A DNA stretch of 33,827 nt from assembly GCA_016281895.1 (NCBI GenBank), contig JAEEJM010000123.1, positions 1 through 33,827 on the forward strand, written 5' to 3'. The position numbers were made by a program, and so were the translations under genes. Shown here piece by piece: positions 7,991-15,671 of this stretch. The notes under the pieces were generated by a model, which did no database searches, was not told the DNA's origin, and saw nothing but the letters and a program-made list of their open reading frames with translations. Numbering within the stretch: the first letter of the stretch is position 1; each line of letters begins with the position of its first letter. This DNA is from Clostridiales bacterium (GTDB taxonomy: Bacteria; Bacillota; Clostridia; Oscillospirales; CAG-272).

Positions 7991-9055
7991 ATGGGGCTTT
8001 TTTTCCGCAAGAAAAAACAGGATAACGTGGACGACTACCTGGATTCCTTCGAGGTCCAGGAGCCCAACGCCGACAACAGCCCGTTCCTTTATTCGCTCGA
8101 GCACGCGACCGCCGAGGACTTCACCCCGGTGCGCAGGGTGCCCAGGGACAAGAAGGGACCGCTTGGGGGAAAGGGCGGCAAGAAGGCCGCCGACGCCCTC
8201 AGCACGGTGTTTGCCGTACTGTGCTTCTGCGTCTTCGTCTACTGCATATATCAGATCGCGCTGATCCTGGCCAGCTACCGCCAGTCTGACGACCTGTACG
8301 ACGGCATCGCCCAGGACTACCTGAACGCCCTGTCGGGGAGCAGGTCGGGCCTCGTGCGCAACCTGAACGTGGACCCTCTGGCCTCGCCCATGAGATCCTA
8401 TTCCGAGATCGCCGAGAACGGCGCCGAGCCCTACAGGCCCGCCGCGGCCACGTACCAGCAGAGGACCGGAAGCCTCCGCTTCCAGCAGATCCTCGTCTTC
8501 CTCGAGAACCTCCGCTCACAGAACTCCGACACTTACGGCTACATATACATAGACGGCACCAAGATCAACTTCCCGGTGGTCCAGACGACCGACAACTCCT
8601 ACTACCTGCATTACAGCTTCGAGCGCCAGAACCTCAAGTCCGGGACGATCTTTGCCGACTACCGCAACTCCCGCACCATAGAGCGGAACCGCAACCTGGT
8701 GCTCTACGGCCACAACCTCTCCAACGGAGGCATGTTCCACCACGTCGTTGACATGCTCAAAGAGGAGAACTTCTACGGAAAGACCATACAGCTGACGACC
8801 TTCGACGGCATCTACACCTTCACGCCGTTCTCGATATACAGGACCGTCGACACCGGCGAGTACTACAGAGTCTACTTTGCCGGCGACGAGGACTTCCTCG
8901 ACTGGCTTGCCGAGGAGGAGGCCCGCTCGCTGTTCCACGTAGAGGGGCTCAGCTTCTCGAGCGATTCCGTCGTCCTTACCCTGTCCACCTGCATATCCGG
9001 CACGACTAACGGCAGATACGCCCTCCACGGCCTGCTTACGGAGGTCGAGTCATGA
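7991..9055 (+). CDS. srtB: Class B sortase
   Basis: TM helix after a ~65-aa N-terminal region; INFPVVQ..DNSYYL, GTIFADYRN, LYGHN (His), TLSTC (Cys), GRY (Arg). Confidence 0.9.
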   Translation: MGLFFRKKKQDNVDDYLDSFEVQEPNADNSPFLYSLEHATAEDFTPVRRVPRDKKGPLGGKGGKKAADALSTVFAVLCFCVFVYCIYQIALILASYRQSDDLYDGIAQDYLNALSGSRSGLVRNLNVDPLASPMRSYSEIAENGAEPYRPAAATYQQRTGSLRFQQILVFLENLRSQNSDTYGYIYIDGTKINFPVVQTTDNSYYLHYSFERQNLKSGTIFADYRNSRTIERNRNLVLYGHNLSNGGMFHHVVDMLKEENFYGKTIQLTTFDGIYTFTPFSIYRTVDTGEYYRVYFAGDEDFLDWLAEEEARSLFHVEGLSFSSDSVVLTLSTCISGTTNGRYALHGLLTEVES

Positions 9056-9771
9056 CAGACCTGTCCGTATGCATCCCAATGTACAACGAGGCGGCCGTCA
9101 TCGCCCGCAGCGCGCAGAGACTGTACGAGTACCTCGAGGAATACTACCGAGACAGGTACGAGCTCATTTTCTGCGACGACGGTAGCACCGACGGCAGCGC
9201 CGGCGCCGTCGAGGCCCTCGGGCTGCCGACGGTCAGGGTGACCGGTTACCCCGAGAACCGCGGGAAGGGCTTTGCCGTGAGGCGGGCGCTGTCCGAGTCG
9301 AAGGGCGGGTTTGCCGTGTTCACGGACGCCGACCTGGCCTACGGGACCGCGATCATCGGAGACTTCTTCGAGGCCCATCTGAAAGATCCCGGGGCCGGAA
9401 TGATAATAGGCTCGAGGCAGCTCTCGGAGGAGGGATACGCCTCCTATCCGCCCCTGCGCAAGCTGGCGTCAAGGGCGTACATAAAGGTGCTTAATATCGC
9501 CGGGGGAGTCAGGCTCAGCGACTCCCAGTGCGGCTGCAAGGGCTTCCGGGCCGATTTCATACGGGACGTCGTGCCGCGGTGCACGGTCGACAGGTTCGCC
9601 TTCGATTACGAGCTCATTCTCTGGGCCGACAAGCTCGGCTACCGGATCGTCGAGGTCCCGGCGGCCATGAAGTCTTACGGCCAGTCCAAGGTCAGGGTCT
9701 TCCGGGACTCGGCGGCCATGCTGCGCGACCTTGTAAAAATGAAAAAAAGGATCAGAAACTCGCATGACTGA
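9052..9771 (+). CDS. GT2 glycosyltransferase, polyprenol-phosphate glycosyltransferase (DPM/DPG synthase)-like
   Basis: SVCIPMYNE, DDGSTD, NRGKGFAV, FTDADL, IGSR, DSQCGCK, FAFDYE, SKV. ATGA overlap with srtB. Confidence 0.9.
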   Translation: MTDLSVCIPMYNEAAVIARSAQRLYEYLEEYYRDRYELIFCDDGSTDGSAGAVEALGLPTVRVTGYPENRGKGFAVRRALSESKGGFAVFTDADLAYGTAIIGDFFEAHLKDPGAGMIIGSRQLSEEGYASYPPLRKLASRAYIKVLNIAGGVRLSDSQCGCKGFRADFIRDVVPRCTVDRFAFDYELILWADKLGYRIVEVPAAMKSYGQSKVRVFRDSAAMLRDLVKMKKRIRNSHD

Positions 9772-11281
9772 ACCCGGAACCCAGCGCGGGACGGCACGCC
9801 GCCTCACCGCGCCGGCGCTCATACTGGCGCTGATCATACTTATAACCGCGGTCCCCGCCTCGGCGTACGACCGGTCCTCCGGCGAACGGCCCGGAGATCC
9901 GGGCTATCTGGCGGACGGCGGCATATATACGATACGGAACGCCGGGACCGGAAAGTATCTGTTTGCCTACAACTACTCGCTGAAGCTCCCCGGCAAGCTC
10001 TGTCTGACGGCCCTGAAGAGCGGGGAGACCGCCCAGTACTTCAGGCTCAGGGCCAGCGGCGACTCGTGGCAGCTCGTCCCGCGGAGCGAGGACGAGAAGT
10101 ACGCCGTGAGCTATCCGTCGCTCACTCCCGAAGGCACCAGCCTGTCCAAGGTCCCCGCCGACGGAGGCGCCGGCCTCACCGGCTTCGACATAACCTTCCT
10201 GCCCGGCGGAGTCTGCACCATAGCTCCGAGCTCGGGCGACAACATAAGGGCGGTGCTGGCCGCCTCCTACGCCAGGGACTCCGAGAAGAACGACATGGCC
10301 GTCCTCGAGGACTACGTCTCCGGCCGGCAGACCCAGCTGTGGGTGCTCGAGAAGATCGGCACCGAAAAGCTCACGGCCGCCTTCAGCAACACCAGGGTCA
10401 AGCTGTACTCGACCGGCACCTTCTACGCCCGAAAGTATCCCGACAGCGCGGACACCTCGGACATCGTGTGGACCTCCTCCGATGAGGACGTCCTCCTCAT
10501 CGGCCCGGGAGGGAACTACTGCGCGCTGTCCGCCGGGACCTCCGACGTCACCGCGTCGGCCGACGGCTGCAGCGTGACCATATCGGTCGAGGTCGTCGAC
10601 GCCGACTGCTTCACCTGGTACAGCCAGAACAGCATCACCGCCAGCAACTGGGACGGGACGAACCTCGAGGGACTTAGGTTCTACGCGGACGGAAGGACCA
10701 GGGTGTTCGCCCTCGAGTACGAGGACAATCCTTCCACGTGCTGGCTTACGACGGGCTGCACCATATGCTCCTGCGCCATGGTCCTCCACAACCTCGGCGC
10801 CACCCTCACGACCGGCTACGATCTGCGCTCAGGCCAGACGAACGGCCTTCCCGCCGACCCTTACACGGTCGCCCTGGCAAACTCCGGCAACTACGGCGTG
10901 AGCTCGGTCAGCGAGCGCATGACGGGCAACCCCGTCTACGTGAGGTGGTCCTACATCGCCAGCCGCTTCACGGTGGACGGCGAGGAGATCGGCTATAAGA
11001 AGTACTACTCCCCGACGAAGAAGTTCATAAAGTCGCTGCTCGAGGAGCACCCCGCCGGCGTAATAATCGGTTTCCAGCAGGGCTCGTCGACCCATTACAT
11101 GGTCGCGGCCGGAGTCACCGATCCGGACGAGCAGGTGAGCTCAAAGATCTCATTCATCGTCTACGATCCGTCGGCCTACTACGCCTCGAGGGGCGACGGC
11201 ATTCCGCTCTCCCAGACCTACACGAGGGGCGGTTACATCTTCGCGGTGTACGTCTTCGACGTTGTAAGCAACCTCGGCTGA
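9764..11281 (+). CDS. Secreted protein: ricin-B-like lectin domain, Ig-like (Big_2) domain, C39-like cysteine peptidase domain
   Basis: Signal peptide ending VPASA; YTIRNAGTGKYL...AQYF...QLW (beta-trefoil QxW-like); WTSSDEDV...GTSDVTA (Big_2); WYSQ, GCTICSCAMVL (Cys), THYMV (His), YDP (Asp). Domain calls by eye. Confidence 0.7.
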   Translation: MTEPGTQRGTARRLTAPALILALIILITAVPASAYDRSSGERPGDPGYLADGGIYTIRNAGTGKYLFAYNYSLKLPGKLCLTALKSGETAQYFRLRASGDSWQLVPRSEDEKYAVSYPSLTPEGTSLSKVPADGGAGLTGFDITFLPGGVCTIAPSSGDNIRAVLAASYARDSEKNDMAVLEDYVSGRQTQLWVLEKIGTEKLTAAFSNTRVKLYSTGTFYARKYPDSADTSDIVWTSSDEDVLLIGPGGNYCALSAGTSDVTASADGCSVTISVEVVDADCFTWYSQNSITASNWDGTNLEGLRFYADGRTRVFALEYEDNPSTCWLTTGCTICSCAMVLHNLGATLTTGYDLRSGQTNGLPADPYTVALANSGNYGVSSVSERMTGNPVYVRWSYIASRFTVDGEEIGYKKYYSPTKKFIKSLLEEHPAGVIIGFQQGSSTHYMVAAGVTDPDEQVSSKISFIVYDPSAYYASRGDGIPLSQTYTRGGYIFAVYVFDVVSNLG

Positions 11282-11296
11282 GCTGATCGCAAAACG

Positions 11297-11372
11297 ACAG
11301 CGCCCCGGACCGGTCCGGGGCGCTGTTCCGTGTGAGTAAAACTGTCGGCGCGGCATCTGCGATGCCGCGCCG
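11297..11372. terminator. Two hairpins between convergent genes (probable bidirectional termination)
   Basis: Perfect 30-bp palindrome at 11297-11326; CGGCGCGGCATC-TGC-GATGCCGCGCCG at 11346-11372 with AAAA upstream and TTTT downstream. Confidence 0.65.
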
Positions 11373-11385
11373 CGTTTTGCACGGG

Positions 11386-11913
11386 TCAGTTCTTCTTCAG
11401 CGAGTCGCGTATCTCGAGGATGGCGGCGCGGACGGCGGCGTCCTCGGCCTCCCTCGCGGCGGCTGCCTTCTCGGCGGCTTCCTTTTCGACCGCGGCCTGT
11501 TCGGCGGCGGCTGCCTCGGCGGCTGCCTTTTCGGCGTTCTCCTTGGCGTGCATCTTCTCGTTGGTCCTGCTGATGATCCTTATGACCGCGAAGATGCAGA
11601 GGGCGACGATGATGAAGTCAAGTATGGTCTGGATCCACGTGCCCCAGAGGATGGCCACTTCGTCGACGGCGGCGACACCGGCAGCCTCGTCGGCGGGAAC
11701 AGCCTCCTTAAGGACCGTTTTGACGCTGTCGAGGTCGACCCCGCCGGTGAGCAGGGAGACGCACGGGTTGATAACGTAATTGACGAGACCGGTGACGATT
11801 TTTCCGAAGGCTCCGCCGATGACGACGCCGACGGCCATATCCACGACGTTGCCGCGGGAGATGAATTTTTTGAAGTCGGACCAGAATCCGCCTTCCTTCT
11901 TCTTCTTTGCCAT
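11386..11913 (-). CDS. mscL: Large-conductance mechanosensitive channel
   Basis: FKKFISRGNVVDMAVGVVIGGAFGKIV, TM2, C-terminal LEIRDSLK. Confidence 0.97.
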   Translation of the reverse strand: MAKKKKEGGFWSDFKKFISRGNVVDMAVGVVIGGAFGKIVTGLVNYVINPCVSLLTGGVDLDSVKTVLKEAVPADEAAGVAAVDEVAILWGTWIQTILDFIIVALCIFAVIRIISRTNEKMHAKENAEKAAAEAAAAEQAAVEKEAAEKAAAAREAEDAAVRAAILEIRDSLKKN

Positions 11914-11950
11914 GCCGAAAGCTTCCTTTCATATTTTTGGTTCCGTGACT

Positions 11951-11979
11951 ATTATAAGACAAATCCGGAGTAAAGTCAA
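11951..11979 (-). promoter_or_regulatory. Putative sigma-A promoter for mscL
   Basis: Minus strand TTGACT (11979-11974), 17 nt, TATAAT (11956-11951). Confidence 0.7.
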
Positions 11980-12043
11980 CACGTGATGCGTTTTTTGAGC
12001 GGCAAAAAAGATGCGGAAAGCATGCCGGAGCAGGCGCGGCAGA

Positions 12044-12937
12044 TCAGTCCGGAGGAGTCAGGGTCCGGCCGTCGGATACGAACAGAAGGTCGCCGTCGAC
12101 GTCCGTCCGGAAGACACTGCTGCCCGCCGCTTCGAGCCTTGCCGTGACGGTCGCGTGCGGGTGCCCGAAGCTGTTGTTCTTACCGCAGCTGATCACCGCG
12201 TAAGCGGGGGAGAGCAGTTCGACGAACTCGCGGCCGGTCGACGAGGCCGAGCCGTGGTGGGCCACCTTCAGAAGGTCGCACTTCAGATCCGACGTCTCCC
12301 AGTACCGGATCATAAGGTGCTCCGAGGTGAGGCCGGCGTCCGCCGCGAGCACCGCCGTGACCGCGCCGTGCCTTATCCTCAGAACGAGCGACTCCTCGTT
12401 CGCGTCGTATTCTCCGAGGCTGAGGGGCGCCAGGACCGTGACCTCCAGCCCGCCGATGATGATGACGTCCCCTCCGCTCACCCCGGTAATATCGGTTCCG
12501 CGCGCCGCCGCGGCGGCCGACAGCAGCCTCATGGACGGATTGTCGTCGCGCCTTCCGGGCATGTAAACGGCCCCGGCCCCGTACCTGGTCAGCACCATGT
12601 CGGCGCCTCCGATGTGATCCTCGTCCGAGTGGGTGAAGAAACAGGCGGTGAGCCCGCCGCCCGCCAGCGGGTCGAGGCAGCTCCTTACCGTGTCCTCGGA
12701 GCGGTCGGGGCCGGCGTCGACGAGGATGGAGCATCCGCCCTCGGTGATCAGCGCGCAGTCCCCCTGTCCGACGTAAAAGAAACGGAACTCGGCGCAGCCC
12801 GGCGACGGTCCCGGCCGGACTGCCGGACCCGCTACTGCCGCATAGTGGCCCGCGGCAAGGCCAAGGGCCAGCACTCCGAGTATCGCCCTGAGCGCGCCCG
12901 GGGGCACGCCCTTTTTCTTTTTGTTCTTTTTTTTCAA
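12044..12937 (-). CDS. Stand-alone ComEC/Rec2-type metallo-beta-lactamase-fold hydrolase with N-terminal signal/anchor
   Basis: VGQGD, LVDAG, THSDEDHIGG, NEESLV, KVAHHGS, NSFGHP, RTD..G. TTG start with GGAGG at 12949-12945; basic then hydrophobic N-terminus. Confidence 0.88.
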   Translation of the reverse strand: MKKKNKKKKGVPPGALRAILGVLALGLAAGHYAAVAGPAVRPGPSPGCAEFRFFYVGQGDCALITEGGCSILVDAGPDRSEDTVRSCLDPLAGGGLTACFFTHSDEDHIGGADMVLTRYGAGAVYMPGRRDDNPSMRLLSAAAAARGTDITGVSGGDVIIIGGLEVTVLAPLSLGEYDANEESLVLRIRHGAVTAVLAADAGLTSEHLMIRYWETSDLKCDLLKVAHHGSASSTGREFVELLSPAYAVISCGKNNSFGHPHATVTARLEAAGSSVFRTDVDGDLLFVSDGRTLTPPD

Positions 12938-12958
12938 TACCAGGCCTCCATCGCGGCA

Positions 12959-13023
12959 ATTATAGCACGCAGTTAATAAATTTGCAATAAACCGCTTGCA
13001 AAAAGTTAAAAATATGTTAAAAT
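12959..13023. promoter_or_regulatory. Back-to-back sigma-A-like promoters for the MBL gene (-) and comEC (+)
   Basis: Minus: TTGCAA (12987-12982), 17 nt, TATAAT (12964-12959). Plus: TTGCAA (12996-13001), 16 nt, TAAAAT (13018-13023). Both have TGn extended -10. Confidence 0.6.
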
Positions 13024-13049
13024 ATAGTCAAAAACTGCCGGAGGTCCGC

Positions 13050-15482
13050 TTGGAGATACTGAAGGGGAGGCCGGCGGCCGTCTGCGCCGCCGTATGCGTT
13101 ATGCTGGCCGTCGCGGCCCGCTATTTCGGAGGAGCCGCCGCCATGGCCGCGGCGGCGGCAACGCTGGTCATCGGCGCCGCCGCGCTGCTCATATCGGGGA
13201 AAAGGAGGTCGGGCTACAGGCTGTTCTCGGTCCTGCTGGGGCTTGGCGTCTGCCTGTGCATGTGTCTGCGCTGCGGGCTTTATTACTCGCGCGCAGAGAA
13301 GACGGCCGCGGAGCTCTGCGGCGGGGGCAGGCGGGTCGAGGGGTACGTAACTGAGGAGGGGAGGGCCTATTCCTATCTCTCGGAGTACCGGGTCAGGCTG
13401 ACCGCCGTCGACGGCAGGCCCGTCTCGGCCGACGCCGTCCTCAGCTGCGCCTACGCGGCGGATATGTACGAGGGCTGCCGTTTTGCCGTCGGCGGCACGG
13501 TGATAACCCCCGCGGACGGCCTGGAGGCCGGGAGCTTCGGCAGCGGCGCAGACGTCCTGGTCAGCTCCGAGACCTACGACGATCTCGATATAACAGGCGG
13601 CGGCTCCTCGCCGTCCGTGACGGCCGGCAGGATCGGCAGGAGGCTCTCGACGGAACTCAGGCGCGCGCTCGGCGGTAAGGAGGGCGAGCTCGCGGCAAAG
13701 ATCCTGCTTGCCGACGGAGATCCCGGTCCGCTCGTCACCCGCGACTGCCGCCGCTCGGGAGTGTCGCACCTGCTTGCCGTCAGCGGCATGCATCTTGCGG
13801 TCATATCGGGGCTGCTGGAGAAGCTCCTTGCCGCGCTGGGGGCGGGGAAGAACCTCAGGATCTTTGCAGTGTCGTCGGCTGCCCTGTTTTATCTGTTCAT
13901 ACTCGGCTTTCCGCTCAGCGCCGTCCGTTCGGCGGCCATGCTGGCGCTTGCCTACGCCGGCTTCCTGTCGGGAGCCTCGCCCGACGGACTGTCGTCGCTG
14001 GCCGCGGCCGTATCCGGGATCCTGTTCGCAAGTCCCGCCTCGTGCGCTGACATAAGTTTCGTGCTGACCGTGTGCGCCACACTCGGCATGACGACTCTCG
14101 GGGGACTCATGTCGTCGCGTCTCAGGGTCCTGCGCTCCCGCAGGGACCTCACACTGCGGCTGTTCAGGGGCCGCGCCGGGGGCAGAAGGGCCGCGCGCCT
14201 TTTCGGCGTCCTGGACGCCGCCGTCGACAGGACCGCCGTTGCCGCCGCCTGCTGCGCGGCGGTGAACGTGTTCACTCTGCTCCCGGTCGCCCTCTCCTTC
14301 GGCGAGATCTCGCTAGCGTCCTTCCCGGCAAACGTTGTGCTGCCGCCCGTCGCCTTCGGGATCATGATCCTCTCGGTGCTCAGCCTCGTCTGCCTGCGTC
14401 TGCCTTTCCTCGGCGGCATGTTCGCCTATTACGCGAGGCTGCTGTGCACTGCCTTCATAAGGATGACCTCGCGCATATCCTCGCTCCGCGGCGTCGTGCT
14501 GTCGCTGAGATACCCGTTCGTCCCGTACATCCTTGTCCCCGTCACGGTCTGCACCGCCGCCATGCTCATTCTCCGGCTGAGGAGGAAATGGCTCATTGTT
14601 TTTCCCGCGGCGGCGGGGGCAGCCGTCTTCGCGGCGTGCCTGTTCATCACAGCCTCGCTCGTTCCGGGGACCACGGTCGTGATAAGGGGCGGCGACGGCT
14701 CCCCCGGCGGCAGCGAGACCGCGGCCGTCTTCCGCGGCAGAAGCGCCGCGGTCATAGACATGTCGTCGGGCTCGTCTTCAGCCCTCAGGGAGGCGCTCGG
14801 CGACGCCCGCTCCGGAGGCGCCACCGAGATCGGCGCGCTCATCCTTACGCACTACCATTCGAGGCACGCGCCGGCGGTGAGCTACTTCACCGCGGCCAAC
14901 ATGGTCAGGAGCGTCTGGGCGCCCGAGCCCGCGACGGCAGAGGACATCGCCTGTCTCCTGAAACTTGCGGAGGTCTGCCGGTCGAACGGCGTCCCGCTTA
15001 CGGTCTACGATCCGTGGCGAGAGCTCACCGTCCTCGGCGACGCCGTCCTCAGATTCTCCGGACCGTGCGGGATCTCGCGCTCGTCGCACCCCTGCGTCTG
15101 CTTTTCCCTCTGCCGCGGCTGCAGGTCGCTGCTCTATTGCGGCTGCTCGGCGTGGGAGTCGCCCGAGGTACGGCGGATGTTTCTGGAAGGGGAGAGGTAC
15201 GACATTGCCGTCCTCGGAGTGCACGGGCCGGTGCCCAGGACGGCCCCGCTGTCCCCGGTCTTCGGGGATGAGCTCACGGTCTACCGCAGCCCCGAACTGC
15301 CGGCCTATGCGGTGCCGTACGACCCGGAGGCGCTGTCCGTGATGAAGCGCGGGACCGCGGCGGTCAACGCCGGCGCACTGAAACTCACGCTCGGAGACGC
15401 CGCCTCAGCGGCGAATCAGAGGTCCGTTTTTTCGGAAAAATCTATTGACAAAAACGGTATTTGTGCTATAATGAGTCCGTAA
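13050..15482 (+). CDS. comEC: ComEC/Rec2 DNA-uptake channel protein with degenerate C-terminal MBL domain
   Basis: N-terminal TMs, OB-like region, competence domain SGVSHLLAVSGMHL, SAVRS, many TMs, then MBL remnant LILTHYHSRH. Start moved to TTG 13050 after GGAGGT at 13040-13045. Confidence 0.85.
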   Translation: MEILKGRPAAVCAAVCVMLAVAARYFGGAAAMAAAAATLVIGAAALLISGKRRSGYRLFSVLLGLGVCLCMCLRCGLYYSRAEKTAAELCGGGRRVEGYVTEEGRAYSYLSEYRVRLTAVDGRPVSADAVLSCAYAADMYEGCRFAVGGTVITPADGLEAGSFGSGADVLVSSETYDDLDITGGGSSPSVTAGRIGRRLSTELRRALGGKEGELAAKILLADGDPGPLVTRDCRRSGVSHLLAVSGMHLAVISGLLEKLLAALGAGKNLRIFAVSSAALFYLFILGFPLSAVRSAAMLALAYAGFLSGASPDGLSSLAAAVSGILFASPASCADISFVLTVCATLGMTTLGGLMSSRLRVLRSRRDLTLRLFRGRAGGRRAARLFGVLDAAVDRTAVAAACCAAVNVFTLLPVALSFGEISLASFPANVVLPPVAFGIMILSVLSLVCLRLPFLGGMFAYYARLLCTAFIRMTSRISSLRGVVLSLRYPFVPYILVPVTVCTAAMLILRLRRKWLIVFPAAAGAAVFAACLFITASLVPGTTVVIRGGDGSPGGSETAAVFRGRSAAVIDMSSGSSSALREALGDARSGGATEIGALILTHYHSRHAPAVSYFTAANMVRSVWAPEPATAEDIACLLKLAEVCRSNGVPLTVYDPWRELTVLGDAVLRFSGPCGISRSSHPCVCFSLCRGCRSLLYCGCSAWESPEVRRMFLEGERYDIAVLGVHGPVPRTAPLSPVFGDELTVYRSPELPAYAVPYDPEALSVMKRGTAAVNAGALKLTLGDAASAANQRSVFSEKSIDKNGICAIMSP
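15445..15472 (+). promoter_or_regulatory. Sigma-A promoter for the riboswitch/ABC transporter transcript
   Basis: TTGACA (15445-15450), 16 nt, TGc-TATAAT (15467-15472); lies within the last codons of comEC. Confidence 0.8.
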
Positions 15483-15495
15483 TACGAATACGCAT

Positions 15496-15564
15496 ACTTA
15501 TATAATTTCTGAGATATGGTCAGAGAGTCTCTACCGGGCTTCCGTAAACAGTCCGACTATAAGT
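15496..15564 (+). ncRNA. Purine riboswitch aptamer, guanine/hypoxanthine class
   Basis: P1 ACTTATA/TATAAGT; L2 GATATGG; J2/3 AGTCTCTAC; L3 CCGTAAA; 3' GACTAT. Discriminator (C74 equivalent, 15557) is C, as in the B. subtilis xpt riboswitch. Confidence 0.95.
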
Positions 15565-15602
15565 TGGTTCTTGCTTCGTTTGACGACGGGGCGGTCTTGT
15601 TT

Positions 15603-15635
15603 CGGGACCCGGGATCATCCGGGCCCGTTTCTTTT
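15603..15635 (+). terminator. Intrinsic terminator of the riboswitch expression platform
   Basis: CGGG-A-CCCGG-GATCAT-CCGGG-CCCG followed by TTTCTTTT, upstream of the BMP gene RBS. Confidence 0.75.
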
Positions 15636-15671
15636 GCTGTGAATTCAATCATATAAAAAGGAGTAAGAATT

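Noticed and set aside
11200-11281. Sortase sorting signal on the lectin-C39 protein
   Set aside because: No PxTG-type motif, long TM helix or basic tail at the C-terminus.
15496-15564. Adenine or 2'-deoxyguanosine riboswitch variant
   Set aside because: The discriminator is C and the U47/U51-equivalent positions match the guanine class.
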